Sequence record: DRR378314_880
Length of the DNA stretch: 64,000 nt
Reading direction: 5' to 3' (one strand)
Shown: piece after piece, positions 10,886-21,599 of the stretch
Layout: each line of letters opens with the position of its first letter
How positions within the stretch are numbered: the stretch's first letter is position 1
Translations under genes and position numbers: made by a program
The notes under the pieces: generated by a model
The model's input: the letters and a program-made list of their open reading frames with translations, nothing else
Database searches by the model: none
Told to the model about the DNA's origin: nothing

Positions 10886-11758
10886 ATGATCATGCCCAGA
10901 TTGGCCGTGGCTTTCCTCACCGTACTTTTATTGTACGGCTGCTCACCACCTCCTGAAGAAGAGAGTCGTTCTTCAGATATTGAGACGGAAACGCCCGCCA
11001 GTGACACGCTGTCCGCCGCCATTTCCAGCGATACCCCAACGCCCCGGACTATTGTCATCGCCGCTGACCCCTGGTGCCCCCACAACTGCGAGGCAGGCAG
11101 CGATCATGAGGGTTATATGGTGGACATCGCCCGCGAAGTCCTCGCAGATGCCGGCTATACCGTGGAGTACGTCAATGTCAGCTGGGCAAGGGCGCTGCAG
11201 ATGACCCGGGAAGGTCAATTGGACGCGGTCGTAGGCGCCTTCACCACCGATGCCCCGGACTTTGTGTTCCCGGACACGCCCCAGGGACACTCTACCATCG
11301 CGCTGTTTACCCACCCCGAAAACCACTGGATCTACGACGGACTGGAATCGCTCCGTAACCAGAAGCTTCTGGTCATTAACGGGTATTCCTACACCCGGGA
11401 ACTGGACCAGTACATAGAGGCGCAACAAAACGACGTGGACAGAATTTGGGTGATTTCCGGGCCATCGCCCCTTGATCGGGCGATCTATCTGCTGGATCAG
11501 CACCGCACCGACATCTTTGCAGAAGATACCTATGTAATGGCCTGGTGGGCCATGAACACCGACGAAGCCATCACGCCCCCCCGACAGGCCGGGTTGGTGG
11601 GCGAAACCGAAGCCTTTGTCGCGTTTTCCCCGGCTCGGGAAGACGCGACAGAGTTGGCGGAACTGCTTGCGAGCGGCACCCGGCAACTGCTGGCCAGTGG
11701 CCGGGCCCAACAGATCCTGGACCAGTACGGCCTCAGTCTGTGGACGGAAATGCCCTGA
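10886..11758 (+). CDS. Orphan periplasmic substrate-binding lipoprotein (family 3-like)
   Basis: Lipobox-like LLYGC; ADPWCPHNC, GYMVDIA, SWARAL. Confidence 0.75.
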   Translation: MIMPRLAVAFLTVLLLYGCSPPPEEESRSSDIETETPASDTLSAAISSDTPTPRTIVIAADPWCPHNCEAGSDHEGYMVDIAREVLADAGYTVEYVNVSWARALQMTREGQLDAVVGAFTTDAPDFVFPDTPQGHSTIALFTHPENHWIYDGLESLRNQKLLVINGYSYTRELDQYIEAQQNDVDRIWVISGPSPLDRAIYLLDQHRTDIFAEDTYVMAWWAMNTDEAITPPRQAGLVGETEAFVAFSPAREDATELAELLASGTRQLLASGRAQQILDQYGLSLWTEMP

Positions 11759-12509
11759 TCTGGCGTCCATCCCCGGCGATCAGCAGCAAATCACCGTGCC
11801 GGCCAATATCAAAGCGCTGTATCTCACCCAACAATGACAGAAACCGGTTCTCCTGGTTCATCAGTGCCGGAGCACACGCCTTTTTGGTGGACGCCATCCG
11901 GGTAAACTCAAGGCCCTCGCCGGTCAGGCCCCAGCCGCCGCTGAACTGATTGCAGGAGGCGCGCCCGGACACACGCTGGTCCGCCTGGAAGTTCAGTGTT
12001 ACCCGGGAGCTGTCAATAATGCCGCGGCCGCCGATATCCTCAACGACCCATTCTGGCCCCAGAAGCAACTCTTCGGGGTCACCCCCGCAGCCGCTGGTTG
12101 CCTCGCCGTTTATGGCAAGGCGAACCTGACGGGGATAAGGCATACCTGACATGGAATCGCGACATAACTGGCTTGCTGCGTTGAGCTCAATCCGAATGCC
12201 ATCGCCTTCAGCGTGAAACGTCCGCTCGGTGGGGCTTTGCTCGACCATGTCATAACGTAGCGCGACAGGTTCTTCACCCATTCGCTCCAGCACCAGTTGT
12301 CCCGGCTCGACGATCACCCGCCAGAACGGCTCGTTCCCCCGGGCAATAAACGGCTGTTCAATGGGGCCCGGCGCAAAACACGGCGGCAGCGCCTGGCTAC
12401 AGGCGTTGTCCGCAACCCCCTCATTGGCATCATCAGGGCTGGACGCACAGCCGGCGATCAACCCAAGCGTGACCATCGTCAGTGGCCATATTGCAGCGAT
12501 TCCTTTCAT
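11733..12509 (-). CDS. META-domain (HslJ-like) lipoprotein
   Basis: LIAGC lipobox; ARGNEPFW, CRDSMSG, SGRASCNQFSG, STKKAC. Confidence 0.85.
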   Translation of the reverse strand: MKGIAAIWPLTMVTLGLIAGCASSPDDANEGVADNACSQALPPCFAPGPIEQPFIARGNEPFWRVIVEPGQLVLERMGEEPVALRYDMVEQSPTERTFHAEGDGIRIELNAASQLCRDSMSGMPYPRQVRLAINGEATSGCGGDPEELLLGPEWVVEDIGGRGIIDSSRVTLNFQADQRVSGRASCNQFSGGWGLTGEGLEFTRMASTKKACAPALMNQENRFLSLLGEIQRFDIGRHGDLLLIAGDGRQIRAFPSTD

Positions 12510-12639
12510 TGTCTGTTCCTCATTCCTTGCGGTGGTGAATTATCCAGGACGATTGCCGATTTTAAAGCAGAGTCGTTACCATTTCCTGCCTTAAAGCATT
12601 ACGCTTAGGCCATCAAAAATTCCCAGGGATACTCTACTC

Positions 12640-13377
12640 ATGGCGATCAAACTCTACCAGTTTGCGATCTCACACTATTGCGAAAAGGCTCGCTGGGCCC
12701 TGGATCATAAAGGACTGAGCTATGAAGCCATCAGCCTTCTGCCCGGTCAGCACGTCAATACCATCCGCAAGCTGACCGGTAAGCAGTCATCAGTGCCGGT
12801 GCTCGACCATGACGGCCATCGAGTCCAGGGGTCAAAAGCGATCATCGACTATCTGGACGAAACGTTTCCCGAGAACCCTCTGACCCCGGCAGACCCTGAG
12901 GCCCGAGAAGCTGCCCTGTCCTGGGAGCAGCGGCTGGATGACGAGGCCGGGCCCGCTGTGCGCTGTTATTCCTACCACCACTTCCTGCAACGCCCCAAGG
13001 TGGTCGTTCCCATGCTGGCGGCGGGCACCCCCTTTTACAACCGGATTCTACTGAGGCTGGCCTTCAGCCGGGTCGATGAAGTCATGCGGAAATGGATGAA
13101 AATCAACGAGAAAACATCCACTCAGTCGCGGGAGACCATGGAACGCTACCTAACCGAACTGGCCGATGCGTACCGGGAAAAGCCCTACCTGGTCGGAGAC
13201 CGCTTCTCCCGCGCCGACCTTACCGCAGCAGCCTTGTTTGCGCCCATGTTCCAGCCCGGACAGTACCCCGTACCCTGGCCCCAATCGGCAAAGATCCCCA
13301 AAGACATCCGGGCCTGGCTGGACCAGTGGCAGCCGCAGATCCATACCCTTGAAACGGTTTACGCCGCTAATCGTTGA
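12640..13377 (+). CDS. Glutathione S-transferase family protein
   Basis: SHYCEKARWALD, SVPVL, SKAIIDYLD, FSRADLT. Confidence 0.9.
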   Translation: MAIKLYQFAISHYCEKARWALDHKGLSYEAISLLPGQHVNTIRKLTGKQSSVPVLDHDGHRVQGSKAIIDYLDETFPENPLTPADPEAREAALSWEQRLDDEAGPAVRCYSYHHFLQRPKVVVPMLAAGTPFYNRILLRLAFSRVDEVMRKWMKINEKTSTQSRETMERYLTELADAYREKPYLVGDRFSRADLTAAALFAPMFQPGQYPVPWPQSAKIPKDIRAWLDQWQPQIHTLETVYAANR

Positions 13378-14380
13378 GCCACTGGCGTCGCTCCCGGCCA
13401 GGCGAGTTCCCCGTCCAACGGCGGTAGGCCCGGGTAAAGGCACTCTGTTCGGAGAAACCCAACAGTAGGGCAATGTCCGTCAATGTCAGGGACGGGTCGT
13501 CCAGATACTGTCGAGCCAGCTGCTCCCGGTTCCGGTCCAGCCACTGCTGCCAGCTCAACCGATGCCGGGCCAGGCGCCGCTGGAGTGTACGCGGTGACAT
13601 GTGCATGGCACGGGCTGCTCGCGCCAGGGTGGGCTCGCCGTCGGACAGCAGCTTCAGCAACACCTGCTGTAGCAGCCGGTCAATGCCGGTTCCCGCTTGT
13701 GAACCCTCCGGCAGGGCCCTCACCAACGCCCTCGCCTGCCGGTCCAACAACTCACGCAACGTCGGATCCCGCCTGGGCATGGGCAGGCTCAGGTAATGCA
13801 ACGGGAAACGCACTCTGACATGAGTGTCGTTCCAGGTGACCGGGCAGCCAAAGAAATCCTCGTAGGCCCCCGCCGCCCTGGCATTGACGCTCTCCAGGAA
13901 GCTGATCGCCGACGGAGGTGGTGGCTGATCAATCTGGCGGCGCATGAATGTCACCAAGGCCCCGATCGCCGCGCCATCCGCCTGCTGGCCCAGCGCATGC
14001 TCCGAGGGCGGCCAACGCATCTCGGCCTCATTACCAACCACCTCAATTTCCGCGAGGCTGGCGCCATAGAACAGGGTTTCGTAGCGCTGGTAGGCCAGCA
14101 TGGCCTCCCCAAGGGTATCGGACGCCAGCACCAGGTAGCCCAACACCCCTACATGGGCCGGACGGACACAGGCCCCCACCTCCAGTTCCGGGGCGGGCCG
14201 TTCCGGTACCAGGCCCAACCCCTGCGCCAGCAGATCTCGCCACACCGGCACCGGCACGTTGTCCTCCGATGCCCATCGAGCCAGAGCTGCTCTGAGTGGA
14301 CCGCCATCCAGCTCTTCACGTTCCAACCAGTCCGACAGCAGCCCGGTCCAGGCGCCAGTTACCCGCATGACCCTCGCCAT
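13367..14380 (-). CDS. AraC-family transcriptional regulator
   Basis: C-terminal SPRTLQRRL and IALLLGFSEQSAFTRAYRRWTG HTH pair; alternative start 14401. Confidence 0.92.
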   Translation of the reverse strand: MARVMRVTGAWTGLLSDWLEREELDGGPLRAALARWASEDNVPVPVWRDLLAQGLGLVPERPAPELEVGACVRPAHVGVLGYLVLASDTLGEAMLAYQRYETLFYGASLAEIEVVGNEAEMRWPPSEHALGQQADGAAIGALVTFMRRQIDQPPPPSAISFLESVNARAAGAYEDFFGCPVTWNDTHVRVRFPLHYLSLPMPRRDPTLRELLDRQARALVRALPEGSQAGTGIDRLLQQVLLKLLSDGEPTLARAARAMHMSPRTLQRRLARHRLSWQQWLDRNREQLARQYLDDPSLTLTDIALLLGFSEQSAFTRAYRRWTGNSPGRERRQWLND

Positions 14381-14513
14381 CACTCGTTCTCCGAGAAGCA
14401 TCGTCTATGTGTTTGGTTGGCCTTAATCATCAATTTTGTGGCGCATATTGTCAATTTATAGAAAGGCCGGCCGTGCAGAATAGGCTCATCACCCCTTACA
14501 ACACGGTTTAACC

Positions 14514-15437
14514 ATGGCATTGACGGATATGATGCAGGCGGTTCTGGAAGGCAGCGGGCTTTTGCCTCTCTGGAACACCCTTGCCCCCTGGCTGGCGCTT
14601 GACGAACGCCAGTTGATTTTTTTGGTGGCCACGCCGGTGTTCATCACTGTCGCCCTGTGGGAATACCGGCGAATTCGCCACGACCCCACGCGCATGGACG
14701 TACCGGAAGCCATACGCAACTTTGCCCTGGGCGCTGGATATCAGATCACTGAACTGCTGTTTGCGGGCCTGATTGCCTTTCCCGTTTACGCATTTCTCTA
14801 CCACCTCCGCCTGCTGGACCTGGAATTGACCTGGGTAACGGGTTTGCTGACCTTTATCGGGGTCGACTTCTGTTTTTACTGGATGCACCGCTCTAGCCAC
14901 CGCATACGCTGGTTCTGGGCCGCCCACGTTGTTCACCATTCCTCCGAACGCATGAATTTTTCCACCGCCATGCGCCAGAATGCCACCAATATCTTTAATG
15001 GCATGTGGCTGTTCTACGTTCCCCTGGCGCTGATCGGTTTCAACCCGGTGTGGATCGGCGTGGCTTATGCCCTCTCACTGGTGTACCAGTTTTTTATCCA
15101 CACCACGCTGGTTGGCAAACTGCCGGCCTGGGTGGAAGCCGTGTTCAATACCCCAAGTCATCACCGAGTCCATCATGGCCGCAACCCTGGCTATATCGAC
15201 CGCAACTACGGCGGTACGCTCATTATCTGGGACCGGGTGTTTGGCACCTTTGTGGCCGAGGACGAACAGGCCCCACCAGACTACGGCATTACCCGACCGG
15301 TACACTCCAAAAACCTGCTGGTGCTATGGACTCACGAATACGCAGACCTGTTCCGAGCCATGGCCAGACCAGGCGGCCTGCTATCCCGCCTCAAGCATCT
15401 GTGGAAGCCGCCGGAATGGGACAGGGACACCGACTAG
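14514..15437 (+). CDS. Sterol desaturase/fatty acid hydroxylase family protein, alkylglycerol monooxygenase-like
   Basis: His boxes HRSSH, HVVHH, FIHT, HHRVHH; hydrophobic segments. Confidence 0.88.
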   Translation: MALTDMMQAVLEGSGLLPLWNTLAPWLALDERQLIFLVATPVFITVALWEYRRIRHDPTRMDVPEAIRNFALGAGYQITELLFAGLIAFPVYAFLYHLRLLDLELTWVTGLLTFIGVDFCFYWMHRSSHRIRWFWAAHVVHHSSERMNFSTAMRQNATNIFNGMWLFYVPLALIGFNPVWIGVAYALSLVYQFFIHTTLVGKLPAWVEAVFNTPSHHRVHHGRNPGYIDRNYGGTLIIWDRVFGTFVAEDEQAPPDYGITRPVHSKNLLVLWTHEYADLFRAMARPGGLLSRLKHLWKPPEWDRDTD

Positions 15438-15535
15438 CCCCACAAAACCCGGATTTTCAGGCTCTGTCTCACATTTGGCCCCGATTTCCCGCTAGACTCC
15501 GGTTTACGCCAACAACCCGCGCGGAATCGACCAAC

Positions 15536-16453
15536 ATGGACCTGCAGGAAAGTTTCATCAACAGTCCCGATCACCACCGGATTCCGCTGCTGTCGTGGGC
15601 GGCTGAAACCCCGTCGGCCGTGCTGGTGATTGCCCACGGCATGGCCGAGCATGCGGCACGCTACCAGCCGCTGGCACTCTGGCTTAATCAACATGGCGTA
15701 TCGGTGATTGCCATACAGCATCGAGGTCACGGCCCACATTGTCCCGAGGCCGACCTAGGCCATTACGCTGACCAGAGGGGATGGCAGAAGGTAGTGGACG
15801 ATCTTCAGCAAGTCGTTGTCCATGCCAGGAAGCAACACCCCGACCTACCGCTGTCGCTGTTCGGGCACAGCATGGGGTCGTTCATCGCCCAGGCCTTCAC
15901 CCAGCAGTACGGTGACCAGATCGACAGACTGATCCTCTGCGCCACCAACCGCATCGACAAACCGACGTTGCGAGCCTCCCTGGCATTGGTCCGTTCTATC
16001 CGGGCATTGCGTGGCAAACGGCACCACAGTCCCCTGATCGACAACATGACCTTCGGTGCCTTCAACAAGGCCTTCTCCCCCAATCGCACCAGCCATGACT
16101 GGCTCAGTCGTGACCCACAACAGGTGGACCGCTACCTGCGAGATCCACTGTGCGGCTTCCCCTGCACCGCCGGCCTCTGGTCCGACTTCATTGGCGGTAT
16201 GCTGACCATCAACCCGAAGACGTGGCGAAAGGACCTTCCCATACATCTGCTGGCCGGTGACCGCGACCCGGTCGGGGAAATGGGGAGCGGTTTCACCCGA
16301 CACGTTGCCAATCTTCGTGCCGCCAACCTGCTTATTGCCTCTGACCGGCTGTTTCCCGGTGCCCGCCATGAACTGGTGAACGAAACCAATGCCGAAGAAG
16401 TCTGGCACCATATCCTCGACTGCCTGCATACCGAGACCGACGCTGACGCGTAA
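15536..16453 (+). CDS. Lysophospholipase/monoacylglycerol lipase-type alpha/beta hydrolase
   Basis: HGMAEH..RY, HRGHG, GHSMGS, WLSRD, GARHEL. Confidence 0.88.
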   Translation: MDLQESFINSPDHHRIPLLSWAAETPSAVLVIAHGMAEHAARYQPLALWLNQHGVSVIAIQHRGHGPHCPEADLGHYADQRGWQKVVDDLQQVVVHARKQHPDLPLSLFGHSMGSFIAQAFTQQYGDQIDRLILCATNRIDKPTLRASLALVRSIRALRGKRHHSPLIDNMTFGAFNKAFSPNRTSHDWLSRDPQQVDRYLRDPLCGFPCTAGLWSDFIGGMLTINPKTWRKDLPIHLLAGDRDPVGEMGSGFTRHVANLRAANLLIASDRLFPGARHELVNETNAEEVWHHILDCLHTETDADA

Positions 16454-16518
16454 AAACATGACGACGACCAGCCTGGGGCGCTAAGATCAACGCCACCCAT
16501 ACGAATCGGAGTAAGCCC

Positions 16519-17316
16519 ATGTTTACCAACAGAGTGGTCTGGATCACCGGCGCCTCTTCAGGCATCGGAGAGGCACTGGCCGTCAGGTTTGCCCGGGAAA
16601 ACGCCAGAGTCGTCCTGTCGGCACGCCGTCAAACGGAACTGGAGAGGGTCAGCCAACGCTGCATTGACGCCGGCGCCGCGCCGGATAACATGCTGGTACT
16701 GCCTCTGGATGTTACCGACCTGCCGTCACTTCCGGTTGCTGCCGAGCGCGTCATCAGTCACTTTGGCCAGATCGACCTGCTGATCAACAACGCCGGCCTT
16801 TCCCAGCGCTCTCTGTGCAAAGATACCGAGCTGTCGGTATACCAGAAGCTACTGGATGTGGATGTCATGGGGCAGATTGCGCTGACCAAGGCCGTGCTTC
16901 CCCACATGCTTGAGCGCCAGTCCGGCCACCTGGCCGTGACCGCTAGCGTGGCTGGCAAAGTCGGCGTCCCCCTGCGCACCGGCTACTGCGCTGCCAAACA
17001 CGCCGTGATGGGGTTCTTCGACGCCCTGCGAGCCGAAGTGGAGGACGATGGTATTCTGGTATCCACCATCACCCCTGGCTTTATCCGCACGGATATCTCC
17101 CGCAATGCCCTGGCCGCTGACGGCTCAGCCTTTGGCGAAGAGGACGAGAACATTGCCGGTGGCATGGACGTCAACGAGTGCGCGGAGGTCATCGTCAACG
17201 CGCTGGCCAAGGGCAAGCGGGAGATTCCCGTTGGCAAGGGCAAGGAAATGGCCGCGCTTTGGGTCAAGCGTGTTGCTCCCGAGATGATGTTTAAATTGGC
17301 CCGCAAACAGCACTGA
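16519..17316 (+). CDS. Short-chain dehydrogenase/reductase
   Basis: TGASSGIG, NNAG, YCAAK. Confidence 0.93.
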   Translation: MFTNRVVWITGASSGIGEALAVRFARENARVVLSARRQTELERVSQRCIDAGAAPDNMLVLPLDVTDLPSLPVAAERVISHFGQIDLLINNAGLSQRSLCKDTELSVYQKLLDVDVMGQIALTKAVLPHMLERQSGHLAVTASVAGKVGVPLRTGYCAAKHAVMGFFDALRAEVEDDGILVSTITPGFIRTDISRNALAADGSAFGEEDENIAGGMDVNECAEVIVNALAKGKREIPVGKGKEMAALWVKRVAPEMMFKLARKQH

Positions 17317-17339
17317 GCCCGGAGTCACATAAAACGGTT

Positions 17340-18137
17340 ATGCAGGAATCCCCGTCAGCAGGTCCTCAACAAAAACGCGGTGTCTTGCGCGTTGCCGCGC
17401 TGCTGCTTTCCGTGGCCAGCATTCCGACCGCAGCCGACGAAGTCAGCCTCGGCGTCGCCGCCAACTTCACCGACGCCACCCGCGAACTGGCTGAACGGTT
17501 TGAAGCCGATACCGGCCACACCGTGTTGGCCAGCTTCGGTTCCACCGGCAAACTGTACGCCCAGATCAGCAACGGCGCCCCGTTTGACGTGTTCATGGCC
17601 GCCGATGAACGCCGGCCTGCGCTGATTGAAAAGACCCGGGCCGGCGTCCCCGGCACCCGTTTCACTTATGCCCAGGGCAAACTGGTACTCTGGAGCCCGA
17701 CCCCGGGCGCCTTCGGGGATGCCGAGGACTACCTGGCCCAGCAACCGTTCTCGAGATTGGCCATGGCCAATCCGAAGACCGCCCCCTACGGTTTTGCGGC
17801 ACGACAGGTTCTGGAACACCTCGGCCATTGGGAGCTGCTGCAGCCTAAACTGGTCCGCGGAGACTCCATCGCCCAGGCGTTTCAGTTCGTGGTGACTCGC
17901 AACGCCCAGGCCGGCTTTGTGGCCCTGTCCCAAGTGCTATCCTGGGAACAGGATAAAGGAACCGTTTGGTATATCCCCCAAGCCTACTACCAGCCCATTT
18001 ACCAACAGGCTATCCTCTTGAATCATGGCGCCAACAATGGTGCGGCCAGGGCCTGGCTGGACTTCCTGAAATCGGGCACCGCCACCACTATTATCCGGGC
18101 CTATGGTTATGATTCCGGTTACGGTACGGCTGACTGA
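17340..18137 (+). CDS. modA: Molybdate ABC transporter substrate-binding protein
   Basis: VAANF, GSTGKLYAQI.NGAPFD, ANPKTAPYG, GFVALSQ. Confidence 0.93.
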   Translation: MQESPSAGPQQKRGVLRVAALLLSVASIPTAADEVSLGVAANFTDATRELAERFEADTGHTVLASFGSTGKLYAQISNGAPFDVFMAADERRPALIEKTRAGVPGTRFTYAQGKLVLWSPTPGAFGDAEDYLAQQPFSRLAMANPKTAPYGFAARQVLEHLGHWELLQPKLVRGDSIAQAFQFVVTRNAQAGFVALSQVLSWEQDKGTVWYIPQAYYQPIYQQAILLNHGANNGAARAWLDFLKSGTATTIIRAYGYDSGYGTAD

Positions 18138-18817
18138 TGCTTGAAACTTACTGGGACCCGGTCTGGCTCACAATCAGGCTGGCCACGATAACCACGTTGC
18201 TGCTGCTATTCATCGGCACACCCATCGCCTGGTGGCTGGCGCGAACCCGGCATTGGTTGCGCCAGCCTATTGCCGCGGTCGTGGCTTTGCCTCTGGTGCT
18301 ACCGCCCACGGTACTTGGCTTCTACTTGTTGCTGGTCATGGGACCAGAGGGCTGGATCGGCCAAGCAACCCAATCCCTGGGCATCGGCCTGCTGCCATTT
18401 ACGTTCGAAGGCCTGGTCGTAGCCTCCGTTATCTATTCCCTGCCATTTACGGTTCAACCCCTGCAAAATGCCTTTGAAACGGTTGGTGAGGGCTTCATGG
18501 AAGCGGCCGCCACCCTCCGCGCGGCGCCCTGGGACCGCTTCCTTTTTGTCGCCGTGCCCCTGGCGCGCAATGGTTTCCTGACCGCCTCCGTGCTGACGTT
18601 TGCCCACACTATTGGCGAGTTCGGCGTCATCCTGATGATCGGGGGCAACATCCCGGGGGAAACCAAGGTTCTGTCGGTGGCCATCTACGACCATGTAGAG
18701 TCCCTGGAGTACACCCAGGCTCACTGGCTGTCCGCCGGCATGGTGGTGTTTTCATTCGTGGTTCTGGTAACCCTGTACGCGCTTAACGGTAGAGCTCGCT
18801 CGGGGGCGCTCAGATGA
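18137..18817 (+). CDS. modB: Molybdate ABC transporter permease
   Basis: LPLVLPPTVLGFYLL, FAHTIGEFG..LMIGGNIPG. Confidence 0.95.
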   Translation: MLETYWDPVWLTIRLATITTLLLLFIGTPIAWWLARTRHWLRQPIAAVVALPLVLPPTVLGFYLLLVMGPEGWIGQATQSLGIGLLPFTFEGLVVASVIYSLPFTVQPLQNAFETVGEGFMEAAATLRAAPWDRFLFVAVPLARNGFLTASVLTFAHTIGEFGVILMIGGNIPGETKVLSVAIYDHVESLEYTQAHWLSAGMVVFSFVVLVTLYALNGRARSGALR

Positions 18818-19896
18818 CCGCACCCGCTACCATCCATGCCCGTTTCCGGTGTGCATTTCCCGGATTCGACCTGGACATTGACCTGACGCTTCCGGGCAGC
18901 GGCATCACCGCCCTGTTCGGACACTCTGGCTGTGGCAAGACCACACTGCTTCGATGTATGGCAGGCCTTCATAACGTGCCGGGAACCATGACGGTTCTCG
19001 GCGAGTCCTGGCAGACTGAAGAGTTCGTCCGGCCGGTACACAAGCGCCCCCTGGCCTATGTGTTTCAGGAAACCCAACTTTTCCCCCACCTGAACGTGCG
19101 CAAAAACCTCGAGTTTGGCTATCGGCGCATTCCCGCCAGCGAGCGACAGATCGGATTCGACGATGCGGTTCGCTGGCTTGGCCTGGAGCCCCACCTGAGC
19201 CGTATGCCTGCCGGACTGTCTGGCGGTGAACGCCAGCGAGTGGCGATTGCGCGGGCCCTGCTGACCAGCCCGAGGCTGTTGCTGATGGATGAGCCACTGT
19301 CTGCCCTGGACCGGGCCAGCAAGCAAGACATTCTTCCTTACCTTGAACGGCTGCGAGACACGTTGGCCATTCCAATTGTCTACGTGTCCCACTCGACAGC
19401 GGAGGTTGCCCGCCTGGCGGACCATATCGTGATGATGGAGAGTGGCCGGGTAGTGGCACAGGGCCCCTTGCGGGAAACCCTGGCCCGCACCGACAACCCG
19501 TTCCGCGCGGAGGACAATGCCGGCGTTCTGGTGGAAGGACGGATCGACCATCTGGATGAGCACTGGCACCTGGTGCTGTTCAGTTTCGACGGTGGGCAGT
19601 TGTGGTTGCGATGGGACGACCGGCTGAAACCCGGAGACAGGGTTCGCGTGCAGGTTCTGGCGCGGGATATCAGTCTCGCCCTGACAGAGCAGGCCAACCA
19701 GAGTATCCAGAACCTGGTTCCAGCAACCGTTGACCAGGTCGATCTGGACGTGACTCCGGGCATCAGCCTCGTGCGGCTGTTGGCAGGCGCTACCCCACTA
19801 CTCTCGCGACTGACCACCCGCGCGGTGTCCCAGCTCGATCTGGAGCCGGGAATGACCGTATGGATGCAGATAAAGTCCGTTGCACTGGTGGAATGA
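18814..19896 (+). CDS. modC: Molybdate ABC transporter ATPase
   Basis: GHSGCGKT, LSGGERQRVA, MDEP; C-terminal TOBE-like QIKSV. Confidence 0.94.
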   Translation: MTAPATIHARFRCAFPGFDLDIDLTLPGSGITALFGHSGCGKTTLLRCMAGLHNVPGTMTVLGESWQTEEFVRPVHKRPLAYVFQETQLFPHLNVRKNLEFGYRRIPASERQIGFDDAVRWLGLEPHLSRMPAGLSGGERQRVAIARALLTSPRLLLMDEPLSALDRASKQDILPYLERLRDTLAIPIVYVSHSTAEVARLADHIVMMESGRVVAQGPLRETLARTDNPFRAEDNAGVLVEGRIDHLDEHWHLVLFSFDGGQLWLRWDDRLKPGDRVRVQVLARDISLALTEQANQSIQNLVPATVDQVDLDVTPGISLVRLLAGATPLLSRLTTRAVSQLDLEPGMTVWMQIKSVALVE

Positions 19897-19995
19897 CACC
19901 TTTGGCCCGGTAGTTGGCCCTCCCTGACATCCGCTGGCAGGGCCCCAATGGTTAACCTGACCTGACTCTTTGGGACAACAGGACAGGCAGCCATT

Positions 19996-20877
19996 TTGAA
20001 CAGCCAACACACACACTGGATCACCAGCGGTGATCTCGTTATCCATGCGGTTACCGAAGGCGACCCCAAAGCAACGCCTTTGGTGCTGGTCCACGGTTAC
20101 CCGGACAATCATCGGATCTGGGACAAGATCACCGCCGCCCTGAGCCAGGACTACCTGGTCATCCGTTACGATGTACGTGGTGCCGGCGAGTCTGACAAGC
20201 CCAGGAAAACCCGGGATTATCGCCTGGCCTTGCTGGCGGACGACCTTCAGGCAGTGGTGGACACTCTGATTCCCGGGAGAGAATTCCACCTGGTCGCACA
20301 CGACTGGGGGTCCATCCAGAGCTGGGAGTCCGTCACCGGTGGCCCCTTGCAACATCGCATCCGCTCTTACACGTCTATTTCCGGGCCCTGCCTGGACCAC
20401 GTCGGCTTCTGGATCCGGAAACAGCTGGCCGCTCCGGGTTTTGCGGGCGCCGCCAAAGTTCTTCAACAGCTGACAAGTTCCTGGTACGTATTCCTGTTCC
20501 AGCTGCCAGTCATCCCGGAAATGCTCTGGAGAGCCGGCCTTGATCGACTCTGGCCAGGTTACCTGAGACACCACGAGCACATTGCTGATGCCCGGTTCAG
20601 CGCCTCCCAGAAAGCCGACGGTCTCTACGGCGTCAAACTCTACCGGGCCAATTTTCTCGCCAGACTGCTGCGCCCGCGGCCCCGAATGGCACACTGCCCG
20701 GTCCAGGTGATCGTTCCGACCAGAGACACCTACGTGCGGCCCCAGCTGAACGAGTACCTGGTTCAATGGACCGGGAAACTGACGCTCCAGGAACTGGACG
20801 CACCACATTGGGCACCGCTGACAGAACCCGAGGCGGTTTGCCACGCCGTCCGCACGTTTGTCGCTGCTCACCCATAA
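19996..20877 (+). CDS. Alpha/beta hydrolase (epoxide hydrolase-like)
   Basis: HGYPD, YDVRGAG, AHDWGS; TTG start. Confidence 0.85.
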   Translation: MNSQHTHWITSGDLVIHAVTEGDPKATPLVLVHGYPDNHRIWDKITAALSQDYLVIRYDVRGAGESDKPRKTRDYRLALLADDLQAVVDTLIPGREFHLVAHDWGSIQSWESVTGGPLQHRIRSYTSISGPCLDHVGFWIRKQLAAPGFAGAAKVLQQLTSSWYVFLFQLPVIPEMLWRAGLDRLWPGYLRHHEHIADARFSASQKADGLYGVKLYRANFLARLLRPRPRMAHCPVQVIVPTRDTYVRPQLNEYLVQWTGKLTLQELDAPHWAPLTEPEAVCHAVRTFVAAHP

Positions 20878-20892
20878 GCGCCCCATACAACG

Positions 20893-20922
20893 CAAAAGGC
20901 CGCTGGTTTCAGCGGCCTTTTG
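20893..20922. terminator. Bidirectional intrinsic terminator
   Basis: CAAAAGGCCGCTG-gttt-CAGCGGCCTTTTG between convergent genes. Confidence 0.85.
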
Positions 20923-20945
20923 GAGACAAGGGTTGGCAGCCGGAT

Positions 20946-21599
20946 TCAGCGGGTACCGTACACCACCATGGTCTTGCCCTTGACCCGCACCAGCCCCTGA
21001 TCTTCCAGGGTCTTCAGTACCCGGCCGACCATCTCCCGCGAACAGCCCACAATGCGGCCAATCTCCTGCCGGGTGATCTTGATCTGCATGCCGTCCGGAT
21101 GGGTCATGGCGTCCGGTTCCTTGCACAGATCCAGCAGGGTGCGGGCAACACGACCGGTCACGTCCAGGAAGGCCAGGTCGCCCACCTTGCGGGTGGTCTG
21201 GCGCAGTCGCGAGGCCATCTGTTCGCCGATGAAGTACAGCACCCTTGGGTCCTGCTGGGCGATCTCGCGGAACTTGGTATAACTGATTTCGGCAACTTCA
21301 CACTCGGTCTTGGCCTTTACCCAGGCGCTGCGCGAGTCCATGTTGTCGAATAGCCCCATCTCGCCGAAAAAATCCCCGGCGTTCAGGTAGGCCATGATCA
21401 TCTCGCGGCCGTCGTCATCCTCGATAATGACGGTGACGGACCCCTTGACGATGTAAAACAGAGAGTCGCTTTTGTCCCCCGCATAAATGATGGTGCTCTT
21501 GGCAGGGTAACGCCGGCGATGGCATTGCGAAAGAAAATAGTCGAGATGCTTGGTTTTCTGCTCAACCGGCTTGACGATAGTGGCCATAGTGCGAGTCAT
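20946..21599 (-). CDS. crp: cAMP receptor protein (Crp/Vfr)
   Basis: [45 protein letters not shown]; start may be 21587. Confidence 0.97.
   Translation of the reverse strand: MTRTMATIVKPVEQKTKHLDYFLSQCHRRRYPAKSTIIYAGDKSDSLFYIVKGSVTVIIEDDDGREMIMAYLNAGDFFGEMGLFDNMDSRSAWVKAKTECEVAEISYTKFREIAQQDPRVLYFIGEQMASRLRQTTRKVGDLAFLDVTGRVARTLLDLCKEPDAMTHPDGMQIKITRQEIGRIVGCSREMVGRVLKTLEDQGLVRVKGKTMVVYGTR

Noticed and set aside
15005-15535. Apparent 482-aa hydrolase overlapping the desaturase
   Set aside because: Alternate-frame run-on; the hydrolase fold starts at ATG 15536
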